DNA of 64,000 nt from NCBI GenBank assembly GCA_963693365.1, contig CAVNZM010000016.1, positions 92,841 through 156,840 of the forward strand, read 5' to 3'. Numbering within the stretch: position 1 is the first letter of the stretch; each line of letters starts with the position of its first letter. Positions 36,280 to 64,000 of this stretch are shown here, piece after piece. Position numbers and translations under genes: made by a program. The DNA is from Amoebidium appalachense (lineage: Eukaryota > Protista > Ichthyosporea). The notes under the pieces are model-generated. The model was not told where the DNA came from and searched no databases. It saw nothing but the letters and a program-made list of their open reading frames with translations.

Positions 36280-37142
36280 TCGGACTTATGTACACTGTAT
36301 GCAGAAACTCCCTGACCAGTCTGGCTAGTATGCACATAGGGTGCCATGCATTGCACACTTCCAGGATATATTTGCATAAGCCGATCTGCACTCAGGCTCC
36401 GGATTCATATGCCTGGGCTTAGGGCTGTGGCGAAAAGTAAATCACGAGGCTTATATTGCCCTTAGAAGGAAAAAAAAATGGAAAAAAATTCTAAAGGCGA
36501 AAGCGAGCAGATAATGTTATTCGACTGCGTAATAAGCTGGCTTTAATGAGGCTGTTTGCAGAGATTGCCTACATTAGCCAGCCGACTATCACATGTGCTA
36601 CCGAAAAAATTGAAGTGTGCAGACCATTGTATGTAAACAGTATATAGAAAATTGGCAAAAGATAACAACACTACAGCTATCTTTTGCTAAGGTCAAACAT
36701 AACTAAATTTGTAGTTCCCTTAAGCAGTTGGGTATAAAACTTTTAAAGTACAGTAGATTCATGCGCACGGGAGCTACCGTGTGGTCAGTGAGATATACAC
36801 AACATAAGATAACTGAAATGTTTTTGCTGTTGGATAGACGAAATCACAAACCGACAGTCCCTATTGGTCCATATCCGACGATGGCGGGAATTTTTTTTGT
36901 GAAGCGGCCGCGGCCGCACTAGTACTCCCTTTCTCGTTCCGGGTGGTCCCAACCTTACATGCAGACAACAGCAGTTATTTGAAGCTGCACCCGCGTTAAA
37001 CGAGCTTCTACCTACGGGGAGCATAAGTTTACTCTCAGCTAGACCCAACCCCCACTCGTCCTTTACCACTCGCACCACTCGTAGGGTTCGTCCTCAGGGA
37101 TACTCGAAACAGGCAGACTGGCCGGAAAAGCGAAGCTTCAAA

Positions 37143-61851
<24,709 letters not shown>

Positions 61852-62749
61852 TGAACAGCTTTTTGCTGCAATGACTTGAAATAGCTTCTTGCAAAAAGTC
61901 TGCATGTATTGATTACCTCTCTATGGAAATTAAAAAAATACTGAAACGTTTCCTTGCTATTGAATGTGTGTATGAATGAGGTGTGTCTTGAGAAATGATG
62001 TAAATACTAATTGCATCCGCCGCCTTCGATTTGTGTGCTTCCAACACCGTCATAGCTATATATGACATTGTTACAATGTACTACGATAGCTTTTGAAGGC
62101 AATATTAGTACACTGCGTGTACGCTTAAAGGGGTTCCTGTTTTTGCTAAGCAACTTCATTCCCTCAGTCTTGTGGCTGCCAGGCCTAGGATGGGCATCAA
62201 ACTCATTAGATCGTTAAATCAGATGTTTTGATGAGTGTCAGATAAAGAACAATGTAATTGCTTTGCACTGCTCAATGTGATGGCCGCAGCATAAGTTTGT
62301 TTTGTGTTTGTGTTTTTGGTTCTTTCTTTTGTCTATTTTTTTTTTTTTTTTTTGGAGACCGGGTGGTGGGGGGGGGAGGGGGCAAGGAAGGCGAGATTCT
62401 AAAGCTTATTATCAGTTCAAGTTGATTAGCAAATTGGCTGTGTCCCCACTGGATGGATTATTTACCAACAAAATATGCTAAAGAGAATGACGGCCGTACC
62501 ACAATAAGTAGTGACTGCCGTCTTGGGCAGTACAGCAGAAACCGTGCATCATTGTAACAATTTGTTCTTAAAGATTCGCAATGACACCAAAAGGTTGTGT
62601 CTTTGCCTAAATTTGTATCTGGCGGGCTTGGATGGTTACAGCAAAACACAGGGCGAGTCCGGGCCCTACAAGTTGTTCCTAACTTGAATCATTACCAAAA
62701 CGCTTTCCTGTTCTGGCAGGCAGCGCCCTCATATCACAGACCCCCCCCC

Positions 62750-62780
<31 letters not shown>

Positions 62781-63868
62781 ACACGCACACACAGCCAAGC
62801 ACACACACACACACACACTACTATTCCCCCCCCCCCCCCCCCCCCAAAAAAAAAAAAAAAAAAAAAAACTTGAAATCATGATCATAATTTTCAAAATAGA
62901 TCCCCCCCCCCTCTCCCCTGCATGTATTGAATGAAATATTCATAGATTTCCATATAAGGGATTTTACCGAAAAATTTGACCTAAAGTTTTTTAAAAAGTT
63001 TTTTCATGTTTTTTCGTGATCGCTTGAGCAGATCAAAAATGTTTTGCAGGCTGGTATCTCAGTGCACGTGTGCAGGGGGTATAACAACACACTAACTGTG
63101 AAAACCTGGTGCATTTTGGTTGAACGGCTCCCAAGTTATTACATTTTTAACTTTTTGAAACGTGCATAACGTTATGCTCAATCCTGCATAACGTTATACA
63201 ATTTTACTTAGTAAATGTAAATTTGCCTCAAAAAATTCGTTAAAGTGCCTTATATAGAGTATTCACTGGGAAATTTCTCTCTAAACCTAGCTACTATTGT
63301 TTGCCCCTTCCCCCCCCCCCAAAAAAAAACGCACCACCACACTCACACACCAGCCACGGTGACCCCACCAACCCTCACCTTCTGTTGATCCCCATTACGT
63401 CTCCCGGCCCCTATCTCTAATATTAATATCTGCATACTGTACCCTCTATGAAAAGCAAACTTTCTGCAGTGCAACTTGTCTATGTGTAGTCGGTCGAGCC
63501 AGTACAATGTCATTTGGAGCTCATTTGTTTTCACTGCCCAAAGTGCTGGCCCAGTGTCATACTAGAAACCGCGGTGACCCTTCACCCTTTGGAGAAGACT
63601 GAAAAGCTTGTCCGTGAGCTATTTACATCACCACCACCGGCAGCCTGTTAGTGCACAATTTCCTCCCATTTTCAGGGCCTGAACATGCCATTGAGATATC
63701 GGAAAATCTCCTTAAGTCTATTCCCAGAAACCCTCGGAGCACCCTTGCCCACACATTGATTCAAAGGGTCAAAAAACTTGATATCGTAGTCTAAGAGCTT
63801 TTGAAGTCTCATATAACAGATAATGGGAAGAATTGTAAAGTTTACAATTGTTTTTGGAGTTCCGTACG

Positions 63869-64000
63869 GGTTTTATTTGTGGAAATTATTGACATAAATA
63901 TTTTTCTGGGTAAACACGTAGGATGGGTGTTCGATACCAACATAACCATGTAGGCTTCATTTCGTGTTTTAGCAGTTAGCGGTTGGCTGCCCGCACACGG
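63869..64000 (+). mobile_element. Start of another Ngaro 'A' repeat (element-2 subfamily), cut by the window end
   Basis: ggttttatttgtggaaattattgac...gttcgataccaacataaccatgtagg matches the reverse complement of element 2's A repeat. Confidence 0.92.

Noticed and set aside
62000-63860. Possible exons or MITE downstream of XPO7
   Set aside because: Only isolated short frames and AT-rich sequence; I could not support TIRs, a TSD or homology.

Overview
Eukaryotic, repeat-rich window. Most ORF-track hits are artefacts of (TG/CA)n, poly-C/G and poly-A tracts. The first ~36 kb is a stack of transposable elements. It holds a 5'-truncated APE-RT LINE and an intron-containing, disabled Plavaka/CACTA-like transposase, partly duplicated as a ~3.6-kb inverted repeat and followed by a ~359-bp tandem array. 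It also holds a tRNA-headed SINE-like insert, two Ngaro-type tyrosine-recombinase retrotransposons (one integrated head-to-head inside the other at an AGG core), a chromovirus remnant, and a hAT-like element carrying a non-coding LTR element with apparently identical LTRs. From 37143 to 61851 lies one intact host gene, exportin-7/RanBP16, rebuilt by hand as 35 coding exons (~1080 aa). Four of its 34 introns are minor-spliceosome (U12-type) introns: three AT-AC and one GT-AG. The main leads are this U12 intron cluster with relaxed 5' splice sites, a sequence-supported model in which the Ngaro element makes Pol and YR by splicing from one donor in gag, and the base-resolved YR integration junction. 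Family assignments rest on recalled motifs; no database search was run.
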